A stretch of DNA of 64,000 nt, taken from Cyanophora paradoxa CCMP329 (lineage: Eukaryota; Plantae; Glaucophyta). The position numbers and the translations under genes were made by a program. The DNA lies in assembly GCA_004431415.1 (NCBI GenBank), contig QPMI01000044.1, positions 480,321-544,320 on the forward strand, given 5' to 3'. How positions within the stretch are numbered: the stretch's first letter is position 1; each line of letters begins with the position of its first letter. Under the pieces are notes generated by a model. It ran no database searches. It was not told the origin of the DNA and was given only the letters and a program-made list of their open reading frames with translations. Shown here one piece after another: positions 1 to 10,900 of the stretch.

Positions 1-1284
1 AAGGACCCCATGGTTCGCCGTGGCGTCGTACCCCGCTAGCCTAGCCCGCCCTCCGCGCCCGCTGACGGGCGGCTGCGCTCGCCCGGATCCCACCTAGCTC
101 TCCGCCGAGCTCCAGGGGAAGGGCGTCGACCTGGACGAGGACGGGGACGGAGTGCGGGTGGGCTGCTGCGGGCGCAGGCACAGTAAGCCCCGCGCCACCG
201 CGCCGCCCGTCGGGGCCGAGGCCGCGGCCGGCGCGGACGCCGAGCCCTCCATCGACACCGTCGTGGTCGCCCAGGTACACATACCCCTCCCAGTCTGCAA
301 TGCTTTGTACAGGATTCGAACCCGGGCCGCGCGCGGCGCAGGTGGCGAACATGCAGGCGAAGGCGGTCGGCTCGAAGCCGTTCGCCCCGGCGGCCAAGCC
401 GGGGGCCCCCGCCGCCTCCCCCGCCGTCGCTGCAGGCGCGCTCCTCCTCGTACCCCCCTCCGCCCCGCGCTCCTCATCGTACCCCCCCGCAGCGATGGCG
501 AAGGTGGCGAAGAAGCCCGGGAAGGCAAGCGCCTTCCAAGGCCTGGTGGGCAAGGTCGCCGCCGCCAAGCCGCCGGCCCCGGCCCCGGCCCCGGCGGCGC
601 CCGCCGCGCCGGCCGCGGCGGCCCCCGCCCGGCTCCGGCGAAGCCGGCGCCGGGCGCCCTCGCCGTCGCCACCATCAACAAGCAGGCGCGGCCGCCCGTC
701 GCGCAGCCGACCCCCGGTGCGGCCGCCCGAATCATTTCTGATCTGACCTGATGTAATCTGATCTGACCTGATCTGATTTGATCCCTTCGCGCAGCCGACC
801 AGAAGCCGCGCATCGTCCTCTACTCGGCGTGCCTGGACGAGCAGACGAGCCAGGACGGGCTCTTCGGCCGTGCGCGCGCCCCCGACCCAAATTTAAACCC
901 CGTCGGCTCAGGCTCAGGTGAGTCTGACAACTCAAACAGTGAAGAACAACGACTACCGCTACGCTGGGGCGCTCACGTACGCGTTCAAGCTCGCCCTCGA
1001 CTGCGCCAAGCAGGTGCGCCGGCTCAGCCTGGCAACCTCAGGCTCAGGCTCAGGTGAACCTGAGCCCCGGCCCCCCTCGGCCTCGCAGGCGGGCACGCAG
1101 CAGTCGCACGCGGTGATCTTCCAGGCCCTAAGCGACTTCATGCGCCAGCGGGCGCGCCCCGCCCCGCCCCGCCCTCGATCGAGCCGCCCCGGCCCTAATC
1201 GCCGCGCCGCAGAAACTGGCGCAGCGGCCCATTCTGAGCGCGTCTTACGACATGGAGGAGGAGAAGGAGGTCTTCGAGATCTAG
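1..1284 (+). CDS. Metacaspase (peptidase C14), 3' part of an intron-containing gene; 5' end is outside the window
   Basis: Spliced by eye: a Pro/Ala-rich linker, then the exon at 795 DQKPRIVLYSACLDEQTSQD (matches the metacaspase p10 motif SGCxDxQTSAD), LKNNDYRYAGALTYAFKLAL (GAxTxAF motif) and a last exon at 1213, KLAQRPILSASYDMEEEKEVFEI*, with TAG at 1282-1284. The catalytic His/Cys dyad is not in the window. Confidence 0.8.
737..782 (+). repeat. Intronic pentamer microsatellite (TCTGA/CCTGA)n
   Basis: tctgatctgacctgatgtaatctgatctgacctgatctgatttgat inside the intron that ends at AG 793-794. Confidence 0.85.
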
Positions 1285-1945
1285 GCGCCCCCGGCCCGCC
1301 AGCTGCTTCGGTCGAGCTCCGAGGGCCTGGCTCGGCCCGGCCCGGCCCGGCCCGGCGGCGGCCTACCTAGGGCTCGGCGGCCCGCCGGCCTTGCCATCGC
1401 GGGCCGAGCTCGCTCCGCCAGCCACCGGGATCAGGCCCAGGCCAGCCGGCCGCGGCCCAGCGACGGGCCTACTAGGCTACGTACACCAGGCCCTACCTAG
1501 CGTTTACTTACACGGGCCTACCTTCAAATTCGTCGACGTCTTTTGGAATTCGCAGTTTGTTCTTCAAGGCTTTAATTTGCGCGTTAATTTATAATTAGTA
1601 ATTGATTATAAAATTAGTCTTCGTCACGGCGTCTTTATCCAGTCTAGCTAGTCTATCCGCAGTGCAGTGCAGTGTTCTTGTTGCCGCAGTGCATAGGTAC
1701 TACCGGTATGTAAGGGCTTGAGTTCGTGTAAATATGCGCATCAATTGCAAACTCGTGAAGACCACTGGGTGCCCCAGCTCAGCGCGCGTGCCCTCGAGCC
1801 TCAGCCAACGAGAGTCATTGGCATTCTGGGGCCGGGCTGGCTGGACTAGCTGTATACAAAGCGGGGGGAGGGCGCGGCGACAGGAAAAGCAAGCTCAAGA
1901 TCTAGAGAGGAGGAAGGAGGAGGGGGCCGGGGCTGGGGCGGGGGC

Positions 1946-4900
1946 CTACGCCATGGCGTCGCCGATGCCAGCCTCGTTGAAGGCTTCCTGGAGGCGCCGC
2001 AGGGAGGAGGAGATGAAGCCGGGGGGCAGGATGGGCCGCGAGAAGAGGCCCAGGGGGGTACCCTCCGAGAAGGACTCCTCCAGGGCCGAGAGGAGGCCCC
2101 GGGAGGCCGCGGGGGTAGAGGGCGTCGGGGGCGCCCCCGCCGCCCCGCGCGGCCCGCGCGGCTCGCCCTCCTCCTCGTCGTCCGACCCGCCCCGGCCCCG
2201 CGCGCCCCGCACGGAGAAATCGACGTACTCCACCTTGGCGGAAGGTTAGGGGGTAGAGGGGAAGAGCGGAACGGGAGGGGGGTACCAGGTTGTCTACGAT
2301 GAGGCGCAGCTGGCGCTCGAGCTTCAGGACGATGGCGGCCTCGACCTCGGAATCGGCGTACCCCGCCGGGCGGGGCCGGACGAGGAGGGGGGAGCTCGGG
2401 GCGGCGACTGCCGAGGGGCCGGCGGTCGGGGGCGAGGGGGCGGCGGCGGAGCGGGCCTTGCCGCTGCCCGTGAGGGACGTGGGCAGGCAGGAGGAGGAGG
2501 GGGAGGGCGGGGCCGCGGAGGAGAGGGGCAGGGGACCCGGTCCCTCCCCCGTGGGGGGGTACGTGGGCGCGGCGGCGCCGCCCCGGAGCGCGGCCTCGAG
2601 CTGGGCGCTCTTGACGCGGAGCTGCTCCTCGAGGCTGGCGGCGCGCCGGGCCGCCTCGGATCGCTCCGCCTGCGCCCGCTCGACCGCCTCCTGCGCCGCG
2701 CGCAGCTGCGCGGCGGCCGAGTCCGCTCGCTCCGCCCCCGCCGCCATCTGACGGGCGGGCGGGCGCCGCCTCAGCCAAAGCGGACGGCGCGAACCGCGCA
2801 CATAAGCACACGGACCTCCGCGGCCCTCTCAGCGAGGGCGGCGTCGGCGCGCTGGAGCTTGGCCTGAAGGTCCGCCACGGCCGCGTGCCTCCGCCGCGCC
2901 TGCTCCTCGGCCGCCTTCACCTCGAAGCGCAGCCTGTCTATGTGGTCCTCCACGTTGCCCGTGAGGAGCGCGAGCGCCTTGGCGCCGTCCCGCTGGGCCT
3001 TGGCCATCGTCCGGCGCCAGACCTCGGCGGCGATGAAGTTGGAGCCCTCGGCGGGGAGCCGGAGCGACTGCGGCGCGGCCTTGGCCAGGTCCTGGCTCAC
3101 GAAGGCCGAGAGCGCGCGCATCCCGCCCGCGTCGCACACGCGCGCCCTGTTCCGCGCTGCGGGCGAAAAAGTAGCAGTCAAGAGGAGCGTTCGCCTCTCC
3201 GAAATTCCTAAGAGGGAGGGAAAGGTGTGCGCACGGAGCTGGGCGACGCGGTGGAGGACGCGGGCGGCGCCGCGGCGGCACTCCGCGCTCTCGTCGCCGA
3301 GCATGGCTAAGAGGGCGGGCACGGCGCCCCGCTCGCCCAGCTGCTGCTGCACGTCCTCTGCGAGCGGTGCGAACGAACGAAGGGAGGGAGGGAGGAGCCT
3401 CAGCCGGCCGCCGCCTCGAACGCGAACGAAGGAGCGGTGCGTACCCAGGACGGCGAGGTGCGAGAGGCACTTGCCAGCGAAGACGCGGACCGCCTCTTCC
3501 GGGGAACGAAGGAGGGCCAGAAGCGGATCCAGTACCCCCTCGTCCACCAGGCGGCCCCGCAGCTCGGCTGCGGCTCGGGGCTCAGGGGGGGTACATGAGG
3601 CTCGCAGGGGGTACAGGAGGCTCACGGTTCTGGGAGAGAACGCGGAAGACCTTGCAGCTCGCCAGCTGCAGGGGGGAAGAAGTCAGGGAAGGGGGGGCGG
3701 GGGCGGGAGGGGGTACGGGTGCCTGGAGCTGGGGTTCCCCCTGCGCCTTGAGGAACGCGACGAGCTTCGGGAGAACGTTCTCCTTCGCGATCCACTGCTG
3801 GCGCTCCTCTGCGAACGAAGCGATGAGCAAAGGAAAGGAAAGAAAGAGAAAGGAAAAGGCTTTAAAAGGGGGGGAGGGGGGGGGGGGGGAGAAGCGCACT
3901 GTCCAGGGCCAAGTTCGCGAGCGCCTCGCAGGTGCTCCGCTGCTCAGGTGAGTCAGGGGCGAATCGAGCGTCGGCGACGGCGCCGGCGCCGGCCCCGCCC
4001 CACCTGCAGCGAGACGCTGCTGCTCTTGAGGCACTTAAGGAGGGCCTCAAGCCCCTGGGCCTTCCGAAGGCTCCTGGCCTCGGCTTCCTTCGACGCTTCC
4101 GCCTCCTTCCCGTCGCCGGCGGACGCAGCGGACGCCATCGGCAGCGGCGGCCGGCTCGGGGCGTCCTCGTCACTGGAGAGGACCCCCCCGGCGAGCTCTG
4201 CGGGGGCGAGGGGGGATGCGCGGGTCAGAGGCGCGGGGAGGGGTACCGAAAAGCAGCGGCGCGTACCCTCCTCGGCGAGCCGCGAGATGGTTTGCACGGC
4301 GCGCACCTGCACCTCTTCCGCGCCGTCCGAGAGGGATTTGATCACCGCTGGCAGGTCGACGCTCACTGCGGGGGCGCGCGGCGCTCGGTTCCACAGCGGC
4401 GGAGCGAGCGCGACGGACCGCACCTTTGGGCTCGGGCGCGGCGGCCGCGGATGCGCCGGCGCCGGCGGCGTCAGGCTGGGCCGTCCCCGCGGTGGAGGAG
4501 CGGCTCCGCGTGAAGAACTGGGAGAAGGAGATGTCGGCGGCCGCGTTCTGCAGCTGCGGCAGGTTCGTGTCTGCGCCCAGCCAGCCGGTGAGAACGGGAG
4601 AAAGAAGAAGCAAGAGGAAGAGGAGGGAGAAGCCGCGCACCGACGACGTTGTCGATGAATTGGCTGACTTTCTTGCGCATCTCCGCCTCGCGCATCTTGT
4701 CTGTGAGAAGCAAGGAGATCAGGAGGCATTTCTAGTGCGAAAGGCGGAGATCGCACCTATGAACGCGGAGATCTTCCCTGGGGCGGCTGGCCCCGCCGGC
4801 CCCGCCGGCCCCGCAGGCGCGGCCGGGGCAGTTGCGTCGGCGGGGGCGACTGCATCGGCGGGCGCCTCCGCCTTTGCGGTTTCGACAGCATCGTTGGGCT

Positions 4901-5600
4901 GGTCCGAGGTGCCTTCGTCAGCCCGCGGCGTAGGGCTCGGGGACAGCGGCGGCGACTTGAATCGATCTGGCCTGTTTCGAAAAGCGAGGACACGGTCAGC
5001 GATAAAAGAAAGCTTGTGTCACTCAGCGCATCAGCGCAGCGCACAGGGACTCCTTGATGCGCTCGGGCAGCTTGCTCTCCTTCAACTTCTCGTGCACCTG
5101 GTCCACCTTGTCTGCGAGAGCGCGCGCTCCTTCAGATGTGTGTTCCTTGAGCTTGCTAAGCTGTTGGCCGCCGGATCGGTCAGATTGGCGCGCAAGCTGG
5201 AGCGTACGTTAACCATGCTCGCACCTTGTCGAAGATGGAGACGCGGAGGGATGAAGTCGTCTCTAGCTTCCCTTCGACGGGCTTTCCTTCGTCCACCGAT
5301 CCAGTCAACGGCGTGGCTGCCGGCGACGCGCTAGACGGTGATGCAGCGCCCGGAAGCTCGGCATCGGCCTCGGACGAGACGGTCGCTGCGACTGCCGGCA
5401 CAGCGGCGCTTTCTGCTGCAGCAGCATCGCCTTCGGGCGGCTGCTTTGTCGGCGTGGTGGGCTCGTCCTTGGTGCCATCTTTTGACACCGATAAGCGGGC
5501 CCGGAAGGCCGCGAAGTTCTCCCTGCGGCGAGAGAAGCGCGTTAGCGGCGGTCGCACGCGCGGCAGCTCGCCGGGGGCGCGCGGACCGCAAGCTCGCCAT
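1946..5600 (-). CDS. Armadillo (ARM) repeat protein with N-terminal low-complexity region and C-terminal coiled coil; multi-exon
   Basis: ATG at 5600 (MASLR|ENFAAFRARL). Successive exons give ARM-like repeats: LPAVIKSLSDGAEEVQVRAVQTISRLA, GLEALLKCLKSSSVSLQ..CEALANLA, VLPKLVAFLK..QLASCKVFRVLS, GVLDPLLALLRSPEEAVRVFAGKCLSHLA, GAVPALLAMLGDESAECRRGAARVLHRVA. Heptad-rich AAQLRAAQEAVERAQAER follows; stop at 1946. Confidence 0.82.
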
Positions 5601-5665
5601 TGTGTGTACCCGTCACGGGCGATACGAGCGCGGGATCCCGGCAACGCGAACACAGCAGCGGCAGC
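5601..5665. promoter_or_regulatory. Putative very short bidirectional promoter / overlapping 5' UTR region
   Basis: Only 65 bp separate the divergent ATGs at 5600 (-) and 5666 (+). Confidence 0.5.
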
Positions 5666-7477
5666 ATGAGCTTCGTATCAGCGGCACCGCTAGCGCAGCG
5701 CAGGCCAGAGGCGACCCTGCGGCCCGGGGCGCACCCGATCTCGCCTCAATTCTTGGCCACACGCGCGTGCGGGCATGCTGCGGTGACTGGGGTGGTAAGG
5801 AGCAAGTGCGTTTCATGCTTTGGAACGTTGCAGCTACAGCGCTGCTCACGTTCAGGGCGCCAGGTCGATCTTTCTGGCCGGCAGCCTTCCCGTATCAGCG
5901 AGCTTCCGGGGGCGCGCTCCGCAGCCTCCTCGCCTCTGTATTGAGGCCAAGAAGGGCGGTATGTCGGCCGATTTCGACGATAGCGAGTGGGACAGCGAGA
6001 AGGGCCTCGGGACCGAGCTCACCACAGGCGTACGTCGCACGCTCGCGCCTGCGGGGCTCGGGGACGCTCACGACACATGCGCAGACGTGGGCGGATGGCA
6101 TCGAAGCTCTGGAGCGGCAGATGCGCATCGACGCTGAGAGCAAGGGCGCAGGAAGGGCGCGCGAGAGCGCCCGTCCCTCCCGACTCGGCCGCGGGCTTAC
6201 CGCCCGCTCCGCTGCTCTGCAGGTCGTGAGCAGCATGAAGCTCACGCGGCAAGACCTCTTGCAGCCCGGCGCCGTCCTCACTTTCCACAAAGTCACCACG
6301 CAGGTGCGGCCGCTCCCGTTCCCGCGCGCCAAGCCTGCCTTCGCCCTTCGCCGGCGCCCACGAACGCGCGGCCGCACAGGTGGACGTCGGTGTCGAAGAT
6401 CTGGGGCCCCCGACCACCCCCGTGCGCGTACCCCGCCCCTCTCCCCCATCCCCCTCCCGCGCCCGAGCTCGGCGGGGGTACAGGTGGTCGTGGATCTCGA
6501 GGTGCAGAAGGTGCGGGCGGACTGGTTCGCCCGCGGCGAGGTTCGAACCCTCGTCAACCTCGTCTGCGGTCCGCCCCGTACCCCAATCCCCCCCCCCCCT
6601 CCCGCCTCCCCTTACCGTGTACCCTCCTCCCCAAGACCGCTGCGCGTGCGACTACAAGGAGAGCATCGAAGCGCCTTGGACCATGTGGATCACAACCAAG
6701 GCCGGTGCGGGCGGTACCCCTCCCCGCCCCGCCCCGATCGTACCCCCGACCGGGACCCTGCTCCCCCCCCCCCCCCTTCTCTCTCGGGCCCCTCTTTCCG
6801 TAGATCTCGAAGAGCTCCCCGATGACGAGGTATCCCCCTCAACCCCCACTGCCTCTTCGCGTACCCCTTTGTCCTGCTTAGCCCATCTTCCCAGGATGCG
6901 GTGATGGTGATGGGGCCGAACGTCGACGCCATCGACATCAGGTGCCTTCCCCCCCCCCTCCCCCCCCCCCCCCGCTCCGGCGGAAGCCGATCCCATCCGT
7001 TCCCCCCATCCGTCTTCGAATCCCGTACCCCCGCAGCGGAGTGGTGCGGGATACGGTCTACTCGTCGGTCCCCTCGCGCTGCCTCTGCAAACAGGACTGC
7101 AAGGCGCGTCCCCCCCCCCCCCCCCGCCCGGCGTTCGCCTTACCGCCCCCCCCCCCCAGGGCCTTTGTCAGCGGTGCGGGGCGGACCTGAACGCGGGAGA
7201 GTGCGGCTGCGGGGGGGACGAGCCCGGCCCGGAGGACGTACCCCTCCAGTGGGCGGGCCTGGCCGAGCTGGTCAAGTCGGGGGCACTGGACGCTGCTTTC
7301 AAGGACAAGGGAGGCAAGGGGAGGGGGCAGGGCCTCTCGAAGGGCCTGGCCAAGGGGGGGCCCAAGGCCGGCGCCCCTCCATCTACCCCCGAGCCCTCGG
7401 CCTCCTCCGAGGCGCCCAAGCGGCGCGGGCGGCCCCGCAAGCGGCCGCTGACCCCCGGTAATCCCGACCTGAACTAG
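5666..7477 (+). CDS. yceD: DUF177/YceD-family protein (large-subunit rRNA accumulation factor), probably plastid-targeted, with C-terminal AT-hook; multi-exon
   Basis: Spliced exons give GEVRTLVNLVC-DRCACDYKESIEAP..DLEELPDDE..DAIDI-SGVVRDTVYSSVPSRCLCKQDCK-GLCQRCGADLNAGECGC..PLQWAGL, the DUF177 CxxC / LCxxxCKGLCxxCGxxLN signature. The N-terminus MSFVSAAPLAQRR..ARSIFLAGSLPVSASFRGR resembles a transit peptide. TAG at 7475-7477. Confidence 0.88.
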
Positions 7478-7996
7478 AGCCCGAGTTCGAGTCCGCACCG
7501 TTCCATACGCTTCGCTGTGATCCAGCCTGCAGCTGGCAGTGATCATGAATGCGAGTGGCCATATGCATAAGCATATGCATGGGAAGCGCCCTTGTAGCTC
7601 GCGATCGGTCGCTGCCGGGGTCAAGGGGCGTCGGCACAGATTAGGGCGAATTTAGGAAGCGACTAGACTAGTAGTACTGCCAGGCTGTATCATGTACTAA
7701 GTTCGACCGTTACACAGCTGCGATCACAGTATACGCACCTACGACAGTGCGGTCGCTATGATAGCTATATAGTATGGCACACATAAATCATATGGTGGCC
7801 TTTCGAATTCAAACTTTCAGGTCTTGAAGTAACCAGCAGTAGCAACGACAAGATCCTAGCTCTGCTCGTACGCTGCATACTAAACTGACAATTACACAAG
7901 CTTCGAAAATTCATATGTACGTACACTAACAGGCCTAGCTAATAGGTAAAGCTAGAAGATGTAGAACACGCCATATATATCGAAAGTTGCGCTTCG

Positions 7997-10900
7997 TCAC
8001 AGGCGGATGGCGACCGCGGCGGCTCTGCCATCGTCGCCCTTGGGGGGTGCCCTGCCTGCCCCTGCATTCGCCTGCTGCGGAGCGCCCGCACCGGCGATAG
8101 CGCTCGAGCTGGAGTTGCCGGCCCCGCTCGAGGTCGAGCCCGAGAGATCGATGGGCCGCACGGGGAGGTTGGGGATGGGGAGCGCGGCCCCCGCGAAGCT
8201 GTAGGCGTAGCGGCTGCTGGGGCCGGCGCCGCCGACGGCGGGGAGCGCCGACATTGACGCTGCCGCGGACAGTGGGAATCCGAAGGGCGGGAGGGCATGG
8301 GGCCGGGAGGGGCGGCCGCTGGCGCCAGCGCTCCGGCCCGTTGCCAAAGTTGCATCCGGCACGAAAGATGACGGAGGGAAAGGTCGCTGGGCCGACTTGG
8401 ATCTGGAGGCCTCTCCAGCGCCGTCTTCATCATATATGTCGATCAGGCCCTCAATTTGTCCGAAGCTGTTGCTTCGCCTTCGGTTCATTCGGGCCTCTTC
8501 ACGCGCGGATTTCGTGGGCCTAGGCCTCGTGGGTGTGCCCGAACTCGAACTCAGCGAGACGACATGTACAGTGGCTGCGTGTGGTCTGCAGCTGTCCGCG
8601 ACATCTCGAGCTCCGTGGGAGCGAGGCTGCATCTCTATTTTTGGATGCACTGTCAACGGCTCGCTTGCGACCGATCCGTCGACGACGGAGTCTTCTCCTG
8701 TATCGGCGTCGCGGCGCGGCTTCTGCGTTTCGCATTAGATTGGAGCTTTGAAGTGCGCCGTTTTAGTTTAAATTTCATGCGATTAAAGGGAGCGGTCGCT
8801 CATCACCTTGACGAAGTATCGCGCGGTGAGGAATGCGACTGCAATCTGGCCTCCGACCTGCCGCGAGCCGCTTCGTCAGCAGCGGACGAGTCGCGATCGC
8901 GAGATGGACAGCGTCGCAGTTGTAACGTGCGCACGGCGATGGCGGTCTGCGTGAGGGACGACAGGTCCGCCAGCATGTCGGCCACCGTGGCCTTCACCTT
9001 GCGGTACACCTGCGGCAGGGCGCGTCAACACGAATGACGCGCTGTCGACTCGCGAGCGGCTGGAGGCGAGCGCACCATGACGTAAATGTTGTCGATGTTG
9101 AAGAGGACGCGGAAGGCGACCGACTCTCCAGCACACTCCGGGTCGGAGAGCGGTTTCGTGAACGAGCAGAGGGCCTGGCAGCAGCGGGCCGGAGCGAAAT
9201 GAGATAAATACTGATGAGATTGAAAGGGGTGGAAATCAGGAGATACGCACGAAGGATCCCTCGCCCTTCTCGGCCGCGCGGTTGTCAGCTGGACGCAGGG
9301 CCGCGTCGTACCGCGGCGTCCCGTCGCGCTCGTCCTGTAAACGCGCGCGCCTCATCGTCAGATGCATGCGCGCAAACCGCGGCGCGGGTACAAGCAACCG
9401 TGACGTTCAGACCTCGAAGTGCAGCGGGAATAGAGACACGGGGATGGTGACCGGGAGCGTGCCGCGGAAGACGGAGAACTCGGCTTGCGAGGTGGGCACG
9501 ATCACGCCCTCGATGGAGAGGTTAGACGGAACCTGCTTCGCGCATCAGTGAACGCAATTACAACAACCCAGCTTCATGCAAAGACGAACGTGGATGGCGT
9601 AGTTGATGGCGACCGCAAACGCGAGGCGCGATACGAGGCGGAAGTCGACTGTCACGTTGCTGGCCGCCAAGAGACGGCATTGTTTGCACCGCCAGGTCAC
9701 TCTGCGCGCACGCATGAGGAATCACAGTAGTGTAGCTGTTGCATGCACGTCGAAGCATGAACGGACAAGCAACTACGGCGTGCAGCGATGAAGCTCGTTT
9801 CAGCAACTGGCTCGGGCGAACCATCGACGGGCCCGATGCCCGAAACGAACACGTCGACACCAGCGCGCCCGTCTAAGCGGGATAGCGATGCGTTGCCGGA
9901 GCTCTCTCCTACTCGTCTCACGATCTGACAGGGACCTGCACGAGTGCCCATGATCAGAAGCTCTGCGAATCAACAAAAACAAAGCAGAAAACAATTCAAA
10001 GTTCACCGGCGAATCCAGCGAAGGAGGCCGTGACGTTCAGAGGGCCGGCGATGCTGGCAGCCGACGGCGAGGCCCCCGGCTGGAGCGTCTGGATGATACT
10101 GAAGTTTGCGATGGACTGGGCATGCGCACGAATGCCGAGCGGTCAGAGCCCACGCATTGCAGCATGGCACATCTCGGAATTGAAGCGCACAAATTGCAGG
10201 AGAACGTAGCCGGCTGCGATGGCGGCGAGACCGATGCCGATCATCGTGAAGACAACGCCGAAGCGAGTCTTTTCGTTCTCCTCTTCGTCCTCCGCCGCTT
10301 CCTTTTCTTCCGTTTTTGCGGACGCGCTTTTCGCTCCACCTTTTACTTCCTCGCGCTTGGTCGCGATGAGATCTGTATACAGCCGGTCGAGCTTGAGGAT
10401 CTGTCGACCGAGATGTTGGTGGCGGATATGAGCTTGAGAGAAGGCACAAGTGCCAGCGTACACGCTCAAATCGACGTTTTTTGCGCTCTTTGCGCTCGAG
10501 CTTCCGCTCCGAAGGAGCAGCCAACGGAATCTATGCGGGGGTTGATTCTACAATGCGAGATTCTTACGAACGAACGCATCGAGCGCACCTTCAAATACGA
10601 GTAGAGGCAGACGCCGGCAAGGATGAGCAGGACTCCAGTGCACGCCACCAGCACCGCGAAAATCTGTGCACGGTACGAATTTATTTTCCAGGCCTAGGAG
10701 GCGTTCTGCTCTCTGGACAACTCCGCACCAGGTAAAGGCGCTGATTCGCGACCTCCTCCGTGCGTATTTCCTGCCGAGTCATTCAATTCATGGCATTCGA
10801 CCGATGCAACTCCAGACCACGCATGCGCACGGGCCGGAGGATGGTGGCCGAATTTGTGTCGTATCTGCGCGTGCGAATCGCATCGTTTCGAAGAACATGT

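Noticed and set aside
2940-4658. 572-aa + strand ORF and many other long Arg/Ala/Gly/Pro-rich ORFs in the track
   Set aside because: Antisense or off-frame shadows of GC-rich exons; the spliced opposite-strand genes explain these regions.
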